A stretch of 64,000 nucleotides of DNA from Candidatus Anstonellaceae archaeon (GTDB lineage: Archaea > Micrarchaeota > Micrarchaeia > Anstonellales > Anstonellaceae): contig JAWAEU010000003.1 in assembly GCA_038891055.1 (NCBI GenBank), forward strand, positions 26,856 through 90,855. The letters run 5' to 3'. The notes beneath the pieces are model-generated. The model was given only the letters and a program-made list of their open reading frames with translations. It did not search any database and was not told the DNA's origin. Below are positions 28,686 through 38,472 of this stretch, one piece after another. The translations under genes and the position numbers were made by a program. Position 1 is the first letter of the stretch, and the number at the start of each line of letters is the position of its first letter.

Positions 28686-29390
28686 TTAGTTTTGTTCTAT
28701 TGTAATTGGCAAAATTATAGTGTGATTTGCATAATTTAAATTATTTGTAGCTCGAATTTCTAAATAACCATTGTATATTCCCGAAGAGAGAGAAGGAATA
28801 ATTACTAACCCAATTAGTCTCTCCCCACCACCCAGTATTCTAATTCCACTGGCATTATAATCGCAATTAATACAATTATTTACAAATATGGTCTGGTTCA
28901 ATGTGAGATTTATTTGGCCATAATTTACTATCTCAATAGTAGAATTTTGAGGGGTAAAATTAAAATAAAAACCAGGTTTGGAATAATATAATTTTGTAGA
29001 CGGCAAGATTCTAATTTTGTTTTGGATATTTTCAATCAAATAATAACTTCCATTTTTTAAATATCCTTCTACTTCAAAATTTACTCCCTGGCAAAAATCT
29101 CCAAATTTTTTTGTTTTTAAGCAAATAGTTTTATTTTCTATTTTACTATTTTCAAAATCAATATCAAATTCAGGTTGATCTAAAAATATCAGCTCTCTGG
29201 CTCCAGGGCCTTGAGAATATACCTTTTTTGAACTACTGCTTAATGTATTGATAAAATTTTCTAGCTGTTGTTTTTTTATAGCTGAGTTCAACTCTCCATA
29301 TAAATTAAAAAACAAAGTAGCAACTATCAAAAACACTACCAATAATACTGCAATTAATATAACATATTCTGCAGAGGCTTGTGCCTTCAT
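28686..29390 (-). CDS. archaeal type IV pilin-like protein (class III signal peptide)
   Basis: N-terminus MKAQASAEYVILIAVLLVVFLIV matches a prepilin-peptidase-type signal: charged residue, Q/A-S-x-E-Y, then a hydrophobic helix. Confidence 0.6.
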   Translation of the reverse strand: MKAQASAEYVILIAVLLVVFLIVATLFFNLYGELNSAIKKQQLENFINTLSSSSKKVYSQGPGARELIFLDQPEFDIDFENSKIENKTICLKTKKFGDFCQGVNFEVEGYLKNGSYYLIENIQNKIRILPSTKLYYSKPGFYFNFTPQNSTIEIVNYGQINLTLNQTIFVNNCINCDYNASGIRILGGGERLIGLVIIPSLSSGIYNGYLEIRATNNLNYANHTIILPITIEQN

Positions 29391-29429
29391 ATCTTTTTTT
29401 AATCAGATTATCTTTTAAATCTTTAATAA

Positions 29430-29696
29430 TTAAAAAACATCCAAAACCTCTAATTTTTTTTGCCCAATAATCAAATAAGGTTTATTCATACATTCAAATT
29501 TATTATTATTTTTTATTATATACAAACAGTCTTCTCTCACTAATATTTTATAAGTCCCATCTTTTTGTATAAATTCTCTTTGTTCTATTTCTTCTAATTC
29601 GTTTTTTAAATCAATCAAATATATATTTTTTTTATTTTTATTTTTATTATTAACATTTTTAAAAAATATTTTACTCATCATATCACTATTATACAC
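29430..29696 (-). CDS. small hypothetical protein
   Basis: 88-aa ORF, N/K-rich. Confidence 0.3.
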   Translation of the reverse strand: MYNSDMMSKIFFKNVNNKNKNKKNIYLIDLKNELEEIEQREFIQKDGTYKILVREDCLYIIKNNNKFECMNKPYLIIGQKKLEVLDVF

Positions 29697-29861
29697 ATTT
29701 AAAATTTATAAACTTTTTGGTAAAAAATGGTTTTTTGAGGATAAAATTTTTATTTTGATTTTTATAAAAAGAATCTTATTAAAAGTATTGGTTTTTAAAT
29801 TATTTTGTATAAAATTATTTTATAAAATTTTTTTCTATTTAATTTATTAATTAAAAATCAA

Positions 29862-29866
29862 GGTGA
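29862..29866 (+). promoter_or_regulatory. GGTGA ribosome-binding site for aIF5A
   Basis: GGTGA lies 5 nt upstream of the ATG at 29871. Confidence 0.5.
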
Positions 29867-29870
29867 AAAG

Positions 29871-30260
29871 ATGGAAAAAATTTTTGCATCTGCCAAAGAT
29901 TTAAAAGAAGGAAAATATATCTTAATTGATGGCGTGCCGTGCAGAGTGGTAAGTATAGAAAAATCCAAACCAGGAAAGCATGGAGCAGCAAAAATGCGTA
30001 TTACAGCAATAGGTATTTTTGATGGACAAAAGAAGCAATGGCTGGGCCCATCTGATCAGGATATAGAGATTCCTATAATTGAGAGGTCTAGCGCTCAAAT
30101 TTTATCTGTGAATGGAAATGTCGCTCAATTAATGGATATGAAAACATATGAAACATTTGAATTACCAATACCTCAAGAATTTTTAGCAGATGCTCAACCT
30201 GGAAAAGAGGCAGAATTAATAATTTCGATGGGAAAAAGGGCTATTCAAAGAATAAAGTGA
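29871..30260 (+). CDS. aif5A: translation initiation factor 5A (hypusine-containing)
   Basis: 129 aa with the hypusine loop KPGKHGAAK. Confidence 0.85.
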   Translation: MEKIFASAKDLKEGKYILIDGVPCRVVSIEKSKPGKHGAAKMRITAIGIFDGQKKQWLGPSDQDIEIPIIERSSAQILSVNGNVAQLMDMKTYETFELPIPQEFLADAQPGKEAELIISMGKRAIQRIK

Positions 30261-30272
30261 GTGTAAGAGAAG

Positions 30273-30599
30273 GTGATTTTTGTGAATTTAAAAATAGTTT
30301 CAAAGTTAGATGAACCTCTATTTGAAAGAACGAAAATAATTTTCTCTGTCACTTTTGATGGCGCAATCCCAAAAAGAGAGCAAATAAAATCATCTCTAGC
30401 AACTGCTTTAGGTGCAACCCCAGAAAATCTAATACTACATCCTTTTAGAACAGCAAAAGGAAAAAGAGAACTACTTGGAGTAGCTTACCTCTATCCCTCA
30501 AAAGAAACTATTTTCAAATACGAAAAAAAATATATTTTAATTAGAAATGGCTTAGTTACAAAAGAGCAAAAACAACAAGCTCAAGCTAAAAAATCTTAG
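30273..30599 (+). CDS. rps24e: ribosomal protein eS24
   Basis: 108 aa; C-terminal ...YLYPSKETIFKYEKKYILIRNGL matches S24e. Confidence 0.75.
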   Translation: MIFVNLKIVSKLDEPLFERTKIIFSVTFDGAIPKREQIKSSLATALGATPENLILHPFRTAKGKRELLGVAYLYPSKETIFKYEKKYILIRNGLVTKEQKQQAQAKKS

Positions 30600-30640
30600 A
30601 AAAAATTTTAGATTAGTTTAATTTTTCAAGAGGTTTTTTT

Positions 30641-30787
30641 ATGGCAGAAAAACAACAAAAACAAACAAAAAAAATCAAACCTTATTCTAAAAGAAAATTT
30701 TGTCCAAAATGCGGTGCTCCTGTAAAATTAGCTGAGCACAACGATAGGCGCTCTTGTGGAAAATGCGGCTATTTTGAAAGAAAATAG
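30641..30787 (+). CDS. rps27ae: ribosomal protein eS31 (S27a), Zn-ribbon
   Basis: 48-aa ORF not in the supplied track: [48 protein letters not shown]. The C4 ribbon and conserved rps24e-rps27ae gene order support it. Confidence 0.75.
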   Translation: MAEKQQKQTKKIKPYSKRKFCPKCGAPVKLAEHNDRRSCGKCGYFERK

Positions 30788-30809
30788 AAACGCTCTCATT
30801 TTTCTATTT

Positions 30810-32036
30810 CTATCTCAATAGGTGGGGAGCAAACAGCATAATTATCCCAAGAATCGTCATCAGCACTCCAGCAATTAGTTTGCAAAGTTTAGCGTATTTT
30901 TGTCCAATCCCCTGGGCTATTGCAAATCCTGCCATTACAAATATTATTATGTCATCTATCATATAAAAAATGTCATATACAAAAATATAGAAATATCTCT
31001 CAATATCTGATATGTTTTTTAGTGCTAATACTTGAGTAAAAACAGCTGGAATTGCAGAAGAGCATAAAAACTCCACTGAGTTTATTACAAAAGCAAGGCC
31101 AATGATAGCTACTATCAGCCCGATTGTAAGGGGGTCTTGGGCTATTTTTTTAATTATACTGGTTGTTTTTTTGTGCTCTTGTTCATCTCCTACTTTACAT
31201 ACAAGTTCTCCTTTTGTAGTGATATATTCCTTCAAATTAAGAATTCCAGCACCAAGGGCAAAAAGTCCAATTATTACTGTAACTATTCTAATGTATCCTA
31301 CCAATAAAAAAGCATTAAGCCAAGCAGTCATAAACAAAAAATATAATACTCCTGAAGCAAACAGGAAGCTTCCAATTATCAACCAAAATTTCTTTTTGTC
31401 ATTAACCTCTAATAAAATTCCTATCATATAAACTAAAACCCACATGGCACAGGGATTAAAACCATCCACTAATCCCAATGTTATTGCTAAAATCGGTAGA
31501 GAAAGAGTGGTTAGGTCAGTTTTTCCAATTAGTGGTAAATCCATTGTAGTTTCAATTTGAGTGCTTGTTGTTTGTTGAATAGAAAAATTGTTTGCGCTTT
31601 TTTGTTTATTCAAATAATTTTGAATCTCATATAAAATTTGCTCTTTAGTGTGAAAACCAATCAAAGCCTTTTTTCCTATGAAAATTGCGGGTACTCCTAA
31701 TTTTTCAGCATCCAAATTAGCTTCTTTTGCCATAGAGTATAAAAGAGATGCCTCATTGCCAGCTGAAGCATCATGGTATACAAATGAAATATTTTTTAAT
31801 TCTCTCTCCAATTCCGCAATTATTGGTCTTTGCTGTGCACAATGTGGGCATGTTGGAAGATAAAAATAATGGATGGTAAGGATGCTGCCATCCTTAGTTT
31901 CTTTTTCTAGAGGTATCTCACCGCCTATTCCACTATATATTATAAATATACCTAAAAGTGCTAAAAGGCAAACTAAATAAAAATTAAATGGCTCAGCTAG
32001 AAATTCTCTAATTTCTTTTGTTATTCTTTCAATCAT
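30810..32036 (-). CDS. fused thioredoxin-like (CPHC) + CcdA/DsbD-type thiol-disulfide transporter membrane protein
   Basis: 408 aa. N-terminal TM, thioredoxin fold with TCPHCAQQRP, then a CcdA-like polytopic domain with Cys-containing TM segments (DGFNPCAMWVL, EFLCSSAIP). Confidence 0.65.
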   Translation of the reverse strand: MIERITKEIREFLAEPFNFYLVCLLALLGIFIIYSGIGGEIPLEKETKDGSILTIHYFYLPTCPHCAQQRPIIAELERELKNISFVYHDASAGNEASLLYSMAKEANLDAEKLGVPAIFIGKKALIGFHTKEQILYEIQNYLNKQKSANNFSIQQTTSTQIETTMDLPLIGKTDLTTLSLPILAITLGLVDGFNPCAMWVLVYMIGILLEVNDKKKFWLIIGSFLFASGVLYFLFMTAWLNAFLLVGYIRIVTVIIGLFALGAGILNLKEYITTKGELVCKVGDEQEHKKTTSIIKKIAQDPLTIGLIVAIIGLAFVINSVEFLCSSAIPAVFTQVLALKNISDIERYFYIFVYDIFYMIDDIIIFVMAGFAIAQGIGQKYAKLCKLIAGVLMTILGIIMLFAPHLLR

Positions 32037-32092
32037 TTTTCCCCCTTTTCTTAATTTAAAATTAAAATTTATTTTCCTGCTTAGAAAATTTA

Positions 32093-33070
32093 TTAAACTA
32101 AAATATTAAACAGGTACCCAATTATTATAAAACTAATTGCCAGTGTGCTTAAAAATATTACTAGTAATTTTGGTTTTAATAACTTCTTTAATATCAAAAT
32201 TTGAGGAAAAGAAAGTGCAGTTATGGACATTAACAAACAAAGTGCTGTTCCCCAAGCCATTCCTTTTGAAATAAGGCTTTGTATTATCGGAATTGCCCCC
32301 GCAGCATTTGAATAAAGTGGAATTCCAACGAATACTGCAATAATTACAGCAAAAGGATTATCTTTTGAAGCATATTTTAAAATAAAATCTTGTGGTATGT
32401 AACCATGAATAAATCCACCTATTGCAATTCCTATTAAAATATATTTCCAAACTTGTTTTATTATTTCCATACTCTCCCTATATCCTAACCCTAATCTTTT
32501 AGAAAAAGAAATTTTTTCTTCCAAATTTTGTGTCTGCTTTGGCTGTTGTTGATTTTTTATAAAATCTGCTAATTGATCTTCCATGTTTAATTTTCCTATA
32601 AATATCCCAACTAAAATTGAAATAAGTAAACCACTTAAAATATAAATAATAGTTACCTCCAATCCAAAAAGTCCTAATAACATTATTATTGCAATTTCGT
32701 TTATGGTTGGGCTTGCTATTAAAAAGGATAAGCTAACACCAAGTGGCACTCCTGCTCTTATCAGTCCAATAAAAAGAGGTATAGCTGAACAAGTACAAAA
32801 TGGAGTTGGGATTCCAGCTAAAGCAGCTAAAATATTCCCAATCCCATATTTTTTATTAGAAAGAAATGACTTTATTTTATTTTGATTTATATATGTTCTA
32901 ATTATTCCAACCAAAAAACTTATTACAAATAATAGAAAAAAAACTTTTAGGGTGTCGTAAATAAAAAAATCTATAGCAGCTGAAAGAGGAGAGTGTTCCA
33001 GCTTTAAAACCTCGTATACAATATATTGTGATATTTGGTTTTCTACACCCATTTTATTACCTCTAACCAA
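32093..33070 (-). CDS. DUF318 family permease
   Basis: 325 aa, polytopic. FCTCSAIPLFIGLIRAGVPLG is characteristic of this family. Confidence 0.65.
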   Translation of the reverse strand: MVRGNKMGVENQISQYIVYEVLKLEHSPLSAAIDFFIYDTLKVFFLLFVISFLVGIIRTYINQNKIKSFLSNKKYGIGNILAALAGIPTPFCTCSAIPLFIGLIRAGVPLGVSLSFLIASPTINEIAIIMLLGLFGLEVTIIYILSGLLISILVGIFIGKLNMEDQLADFIKNQQQPKQTQNLEEKISFSKRLGLGYRESMEIIKQVWKYILIGIAIGGFIHGYIPQDFILKYASKDNPFAVIIAVFVGIPLYSNAAGAIPIIQSLISKGMAWGTALCLLMSITALSFPQILILKKLLKPKLLVIFLSTLAISFIIIGYLFNILV

Positions 33071-33074
33071 AAAG

Positions 33075-33311
33075 TTAATAGTTTTTCAATATTTCAATTA
33101 ATTTGTTTTTATGTGCTACTTGTCCTTCTAATATTACCTTACCATTCACTATTAATGCTGGGGTGCTTGTTATACCTCTATTAACTATCTCCTCAATATC
33201 TTTAATTTCCTGTATTTCTGCTTTTTTATTGAGCACTCTTAGAGCATAAAGCACATTTTCTTTTAATTCTTTGCATTTTTGACATCCCATACCTAAAATT
33301 TCAATTTTCAT
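33075..33311 (-). CDS. small thioredoxin-like protein (redox-active disulfide protein 2 / Thioredoxin_3 family)
   Basis: MKIEILGMGCQKCKEL... with an N-terminal GxGCxxC. I chose the internal Met so the CDS does not overlap arsR; the ORF-track start is 33335. Confidence 0.65.
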   Translation of the reverse strand: MKIEILGMGCQKCKELKENVLYALRVLNKKAEIQEIKDIEEIVNRGITSTPALIVNGKVILEGQVAHKNKLIEILKNY

Positions 33312-33589
33312 CTTTCCACCTCTAACTTTTTCCATTTTAAAATAGTTCTAAGTATTATCTTTCCACTAGTTGTAAGATAAAATTTTTTCTCTCGGCCTAA
33401 TTTTTTTGATTTTAGGAGTTTATTTTTTTCCAAGATTTTCAAGTGCTGAGAAATTGCTGGTTGACTTACTTTTAGTTTTGAGGGAAGCTTACAAACACAA
33501 AGTGGTTTTTTGTTTAGAATTTTTAGAATTTTTAATCTAGTTTTATCAGCCAAGGTTTTTAATATATTCTCTACTCTCATTATTACCAA
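33308..33589 (-). CDS. ArsR/SmtB family metalloregulator
   Basis: 93-aa winged HTH with the metal-site motif CVCKL. Confidence 0.75.
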   Translation of the reverse strand: MVIMRVENILKTLADKTRLKILKILNKKPLCVCKLPSKLKVSQPAISQHLKILEKNKLLKSKKLGREKKFYLTTSGKIILRTILKWKKLEVER

Positions 33590-33644
33590 ATATAAGTATA
33601 TACTTATATATTTTTAATGATATCTTTTTTTATAATAAGAATCT

Positions 33645-34628
33645 TTATTTTTTGTAATATTTCTCTAATTGGTCTATTCTCCATTTTTGGTCATAAAAAA
33701 CTTCTTGTGGCTCTATTGTATATTCTGTTAATTTTGAAGCACAAACGGCTATCATGGCCCCATTATCTGCGTTATATTGATCCTCAGAGGTTTTTACCTC
33801 TACCCCATGCTCGCTTGCCATTTGTGTCAATTTCTTTATAAGTTCTTTATTTTGTGCTACCCCTCCACATACAATTATTTGTTTTTTTCTTGTTAGCATT
33901 AATGCCCTTTCAGTAGCCTCGCACAGCTCATCGAAAGCTATTTCCATAAGAGAATAGCACAAGTCCTCTTTTGGTATTTTTCCAATTAGTTTTGTGGCAT
34001 AAGTGTATAATCCACTAAAAGAAAAATTCATCCCCTTTATAGTATATGGCATATTATAAAAGTTTTTTCCTTCACTAGCTAATTTTGCAACTATTGAGCC
34101 ATGCCCAAATTCTTCTCCTAACTTTCTTGCAAACATGTCAAACAAATTGCCCAATCCAATATCTAATGTTTCTCCCATCACAATAAACTTTAACTTTTCT
34201 TTTTCCACTAAAATTTGAGTATTTCCTCCACTGACATACAATATAAGAGGATCTAAAAATCCTGTTTGATATTTTGTTATTTCGACATGAGCATGTGGGT
34301 GATTGATAGGTATCACTTTTTTACCATACTTTTCTGCCAAGAATTCAGTACAAATTGATCCTATTTGTAAGCATGGTCCAAGGCCAGGCCCAGCCGAATA
34401 GGCAAAATAATCAATATCTCTAATTTTTAATTTTGCTTCACCAAGAGCCTGAAGGATAGTTTTTGTACAATTTTGAATATGAAATTCTGCAGCTTTTTTT
34501 GGTACGATTCCCTCTCCTAGTGGTTTGTAGTATGACTTAGCATTTGATAATATGATATTTTTTTCACTATCAAATATCCCAACTCCAAAAGTATGGGCAG
34601 TAGATTCTATTCCCAAGATTTTTACCAT
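33645..34628 (-). CDS. kae1: tRNA N6-threonylcarbamoyladenosine synthase Kae1 (KEOPS catalytic subunit), not fused to Bud32
   Basis: 327 aa. N-terminus ILGIESTAHTFGVGI and an HxxH metal site (HPHAHV). Confidence 0.85.
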   Translation of the reverse strand: MVKILGIESTAHTFGVGIFDSEKNIILSNAKSYYKPLGEGIVPKKAAEFHIQNCTKTILQALGEAKLKIRDIDYFAYSAGPGLGPCLQIGSICTEFLAEKYGKKVIPINHPHAHVEITKYQTGFLDPLILYVSGGNTQILVEKEKLKFIVMGETLDIGLGNLFDMFARKLGEEFGHGSIVAKLASEGKNFYNMPYTIKGMNFSFSGLYTYATKLIGKIPKEDLCYSLMEIAFDELCEATERALMLTRKKQIIVCGGVAQNKELIKKLTQMASEHGVEVKTSEDQYNADNGAMIAVCASKLTEYTIEPQEVFYDQKWRIDQLEKYYKK

Positions 34629-34650
34629 CCCTATCAGCTGTCTTATTACT

Positions 34651-35652
34651 CTATTTTAAGCTAATTTTTTTACCATCGAAATTTAGCAAAATATCTTTTT
34701 TTGCTATTGTTCTACCAATTATATAACTTTTTATTCTATGGGAATTTGCAATATCTATTATATTTTCTACTTCCTCTTTTGGTGCAATTATTACAAATCC
34801 AATTCCCATGTTAAATGTCCTGTAGCATTCGTAGGGGTCTTCTACAATTGTCAATAATTCTTTAAAAATGTCTTTTGGCTGGGGCATTTGCTCCAAATAA
34901 AATCCGCATCCGCAAAATTTACTTAGTCGCTCTAATTTTGAAAAAGAGCCACCAGTAATATGAGCAAATCCATGGACAGCACAATTTTTTAAAATTTCTA
35001 ATGCAACAGGGCTATATATTTTTGTTGGAGTGAGCATTTTTTTACCCCACTTTTTTATATCCAATACTTTTCTTGCCAAACTAAAACCATTTGAATGAAG
35101 TCCATTAGATTCTAACCCTATTAATACATCTTCTTTTGTAATTTTAGAGCCATCTAAATATCTCTCAACGACACCTATTACACTAAATGAAATATCATAC
35201 CCTATTTTTTGCTCAGGGTTTAAAAGCATATCCGGCAATATCGCAGTTTCTCCGCCCACAAGTGCAGTTTTAGAGATTTTGCACCCCTTTATTATTCCAC
35301 TTAAAATCTCGCCTAATAATTTTTTGTCATCTTTAGATATTGCAATATAATCCAAACCAACTATTGGTTTTGCACCAACACAAACTATATCATTTACATT
35401 CATTGCTACTGCATCAATTCCAACAGTGTCGTGTTTATTTAATGCTTGAGCTACCAAAATTTTTGTACCAACTCCATCGCAATGTGCAACAAGGTCAGTA
35501 GAATTTACTCTGAAAAAACCACCATAGTGTCCAGTTATAAAATTAGGAGTATATTTATTTTTTGTACTTAAAATAAGGCGGTTTATTTTCTTTTGTATCT
35601 GTCTGATTTTTGCTATATTCACTCCACTATCTTTATAGGTAAATTTAGCCAT
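34651..35652 (-). CDS. purM: phosphoribosylformylglycinamidine cyclo-ligase (AIR synthetase)
   Basis: 333 aa. N-terminus YKDSGVNI and PurM-like length/fold. Confidence 0.75.
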   Translation of the reverse strand: MAKFTYKDSGVNIAKIRQIQKKINRLILSTKNKYTPNFITGHYGGFFRVNSTDLVAHCDGVGTKILVAQALNKHDTVGIDAVAMNVNDIVCVGAKPIVGLDYIAISKDDKKLLGEILSGIIKGCKISKTALVGGETAILPDMLLNPEQKIGYDISFSVIGVVERYLDGSKITKEDVLIGLESNGLHSNGFSLARKVLDIKKWGKKMLTPTKIYSPVALEILKNCAVHGFAHITGGSFSKLERLSKFCGCGFYLEQMPQPKDIFKELLTIVEDPYECYRTFNMGIGFVIIAPKEEVENIIDIANSHRIKSYIIGRTIAKKDILLNFDGKKISLK

Positions 35653-35749
35653 ATTTTAAATATTTTTTTAGCATTTAAAAATCTGTCCTTCAAAACATAA
35701 AATAAGATTTTTAAATCTTTTTTTTGTATTATTTTAGAGGGGTGATTGA

Positions 35750-36253
35750 ATGCAATCTTTGGAAGTTGGCAACGCAATATTTTCGATGGTCTTTTATGCT
35801 GTTAAAATTCTCCTAGCAATATTGTTATCCACTTTCACAATCTATCTTGGTTTGCAATTATTCAATAAAATAACCAAAAAAGTAGATGAATTGGAAGAAA
35901 TCAAAAAGGGCAATGTCGCAGTAGCAGTGGTGTTAGTTTCTATTGTTTTAGCAATTGCTTCTATTGTCCAGGGAGGAATTGAAAATATTTCTTTATTGGT
36001 AAACCCAGTCCTTCCACTCAACACTCTACTCTTTGGTTTAATCTTTGCCTTAGTGCAGCTTTTAATAAGTGTAGCTGTAGCAATAATTACAATTTCAATC
36101 GCAATCTTTGTTATGGGCAGAATTGCAAAAGACTTAGATTATGAAACTCAAATCAAAAAAGGCAATGTCGCAGTTGCTCTATTAGTTGGAGGTATTCTCT
36201 TAGCACTATCTTTTGTGATAAGAGCAGGAGTAGCTGCATTTAGCTTAATTTAA
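35750..36253 (+). CDS. DUF350 membrane protein (two repeats)
   Basis: 167 aa with a duplicated KGNVAVA..L....L motif in two TM pairs. Confidence 0.5.
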   Translation: MQSLEVGNAIFSMVFYAVKILLAILLSTFTIYLGLQLFNKITKKVDELEEIKKGNVAVAVVLVSIVLAIASIVQGGIENISLLVNPVLPLNTLLFGLIFALVQLLISVAVAIITISIAIFVMGRIAKDLDYETQIKKGNVAVALLVGGILLALSFVIRAGVAAFSLI

Positions 36254-36301
36254 AATTCTCTTTTTTTTCTTTTTTTATTTTTTTTAGCTCGAGGTGTTTT
36301 T

Positions 36302-36598
36302 TTGGATCAACTAAAAATAGGAGATTTAAAACCAGGTCTAAGCTCCTTTTGCATCCAGGGTATAATAAGCTCTATAGAGGAGGCAAAAGAAGTGATAACA
36401 AAATATGGAAACAAGATAAAAGTTTCTCATGCAATTTTAGAGGATGAGAGTGGAAGTATAGTCTTAACTTTATGGGGGGAGGATAGCTCAAAATACAAAG
36501 TAGGAGATAAAATATTTTTAGAAAATTGCTATGTTAGTGAATTTAGGGGAAATTTACAACTCTCAGTTAAAAAAGGAGGGCAAATAAAACTAATTTAG
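36302..36598 (+). CDS. single OB-fold nucleic-acid-binding protein (SSB/RPA-like)
   Basis: 98 aa with a beta-rich OB-like pattern; weak call. Confidence 0.45.
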   Translation: MDQLKIGDLKPGLSSFCIQGIISSIEEAKEVITKYGNKIKVSHAILEDESGSIVLTLWGEDSSKYKVGDKIFLENCYVSEFRGNLQLSVKKGGQIKLI

Positions 36599-36769
36599 CA
36601 ATAATTTAATTTCAATCCACAACCAATTGCCCGCCAGCAAGAAAGAAGCAAAGTTTTTATTTTTTACCTCTCTATTATTTTATATAAATAAATAGTTTAT
36701 TTTCTATTCTATGAAGTAAATTTAGCTGATCTATAAACTTTCTATTTAATCTGCCTATTTTCTTTTTTA

Positions 36770-36776
36770 GGAGGTG
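36770..36776 (+). promoter_or_regulatory. GGAGGTG ribosome-binding site for the thermosome gene
   Basis: Lies 6 nt upstream of the ATG at 36783. Confidence 0.5.
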
Positions 36777-36782
36777 GTAAAT

Positions 36783-38423
36783 ATGGCAAGATTAGAAAGT
36801 CAGCAATCTTCTGCATTGCCAGAAGGAACTACAAGAATTATTGGAAGAGATGCACAGAGAACAAATATAGCTATAGGGTATGCAATAGCTTCGATAGTTA
36901 GAACTACCCTTGGACCAAAAGGAATGGACAAGATGTTGGTTTCAGACCTTGGAGATATTGTAATTACAAACGACGGTGCAACCATTTTAGAGGAAATGAA
37001 TGTAGAGCACCCAACTGCAAAAATTATGGTGGAGATTGCAAAAACTCAAGACAAAGAAGTGGGTGATGGAACTACTACTGCAGTTGTATTTATGGGAGAG
37101 CTTTGTAAAGAGGCTTCAAAACTTCTTGATCAAAACCTACATCCCTCTACCATTATCAAAGGTTACACTCAAGCAGCAGCAAAATGTGAGGAATTTTTAA
37201 ATGAGCTCTCTCAAAGTGTTAGTATCGAAGATACAGAAGCATTAGAAAAAATAGCTCAAGTCTCAATGGGCTCAAAATCAATAGGCGTAGGAGATACTAA
37301 AGAATATTTGGCAAAATTGGTTGTAAAAGCAATAAGGCAAGTGGCAGAGAAAAAAGACGGCAAATATGTAATTGACGAGGATTTAATAAAAATTGAAAAG
37401 AAAGCAGGTGGGGAAATAAAAGATACCTCTCTAATTCAAGGGGTGCTAATAGATAAAGAAGTAGTACATTCAGGCATGCCAAAAGAAGTAAAAAATGCAA
37501 AAATTGCTCTCATCGATGCAGCTTTGGAAATCGAAAAAACAGAAGTAGATGCAAAAATAGAAATTACCTCCCCAGAGCAAATGTCCTCTTTCTTAGCCCA
37601 AGAAGAGAAAATGCTAAAAGAGATGGTAGAAAAAATAGCTAAGAGTGGAGCAAATGTAGTTTTCTGCCAAAAAGGAATTGACGATATGGCACAACACTTC
37701 TTGGCAAAAAAGAAAATCTTGGCTGTAAGAAGAGTGAAAAAATCAGATATGGAAAAACTATCAAGAGCTACTGGAGCAAGAATAGTTTCTACATTAGATG
37801 ATTTGGCAGAGCAAGATTTAGGTTTTGCAGGAATTGTTTATGAAAAAACCATTGCAGGCGAAAAGATGGTGTTTGTTGAAAACTGCAAGGATCCAAAATC
37901 AGTTACACTGTTTGTAAGAGCATCTACTGACCACGTAGTAGCTGAGGCAGAAAGAGCAATTGTGGATGCAATCGGAGCAGTCTCTTCTTCTATAGAAGAT
38001 GGAAAATTTGTTACTGGTGGTGGCTCAATAGAAATGGAACTTTCAACAAAGCTAAAGAAATATGCTGCCGAAGTTGGAGGACGAGAACAATTAGCAATAA
38101 GTGCATTTGCAGATTCCTTGGAAATAATTCCAAGAACTCTAGCAGAGTCTGCAGGAATGGATGCAATCGATGCATTGGTAGAATTAAGAGCAAAACACCA
38201 AAAAGAAGAGGGCAAATATTATGGAATAAATGTATTTAGTGGAAAAGTTGAAGACATGTACAAATTAGGTGTTTTTGAGCCAACAAAAGTAAAAAGACAG
38301 GCAATAGCATCTGCAGCCGAGGCAGCAAGAATGATTCTAAGAATAGACGATATGATTTCTTCTAAACCAAAGCCATCTTCGTCCAAAACTCCAGGAGGAG
38401 AAGAAGGAGGTCTAGAAGACTAA
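36783..38423 (+). CDS. ths: thermosome subunit (group II chaperonin)
   Basis: N-terminus ...[32 protein letters not shown] and ATP motif GDGTTT. I chose the ATG at 36783 over the GTG at 36774 because of ribosome-binding-site spacing. Confidence 0.9.
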   Translation: MARLESQQSSALPEGTTRIIGRDAQRTNIAIGYAIASIVRTTLGPKGMDKMLVSDLGDIVITNDGATILEEMNVEHPTAKIMVEIAKTQDKEVGDGTTTAVVFMGELCKEASKLLDQNLHPSTIIKGYTQAAAKCEEFLNELSQSVSIEDTEALEKIAQVSMGSKSIGVGDTKEYLAKLVVKAIRQVAEKKDGKYVIDEDLIKIEKKAGGEIKDTSLIQGVLIDKEVVHSGMPKEVKNAKIALIDAALEIEKTEVDAKIEITSPEQMSSFLAQEEKMLKEMVEKIAKSGANVVFCQKGIDDMAQHFLAKKKILAVRRVKKSDMEKLSRATGARIVSTLDDLAEQDLGFAGIVYEKTIAGEKMVFVENCKDPKSVTLFVRASTDHVVAEAERAIVDAIGAVSSSIEDGKFVTGGGSIEMELSTKLKKYAAEVGGREQLAISAFADSLEIIPRTLAESAGMDAIDALVELRAKHQKEEGKYYGINVFSGKVEDMYKLGVFEPTKVKRQAIASAAEAARMILRIDDMISSKPKPSSSKTPGGEEGGLED

Positions 38424-38472
38424 ACTAAATTTTTTCTTCTTTTTTCTTTTTTATATTTTTTTAGGCGATCAG

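Noticed and set aside
33617-33841. 74-aa plus-strand ORF overlapping the 3' end of kae1
   Set aside because: Antisense to a strongly conserved gene; hydrophobic low-complexity translation.
36774-36782. GTG start for the thermosome at 36774 (ORF track)
   Set aside because: A GGAGGTG ribosome-binding site sits at 36770-36776, so the ATG at 36783 has the proper spacing; the GTG would overlap the RBS.
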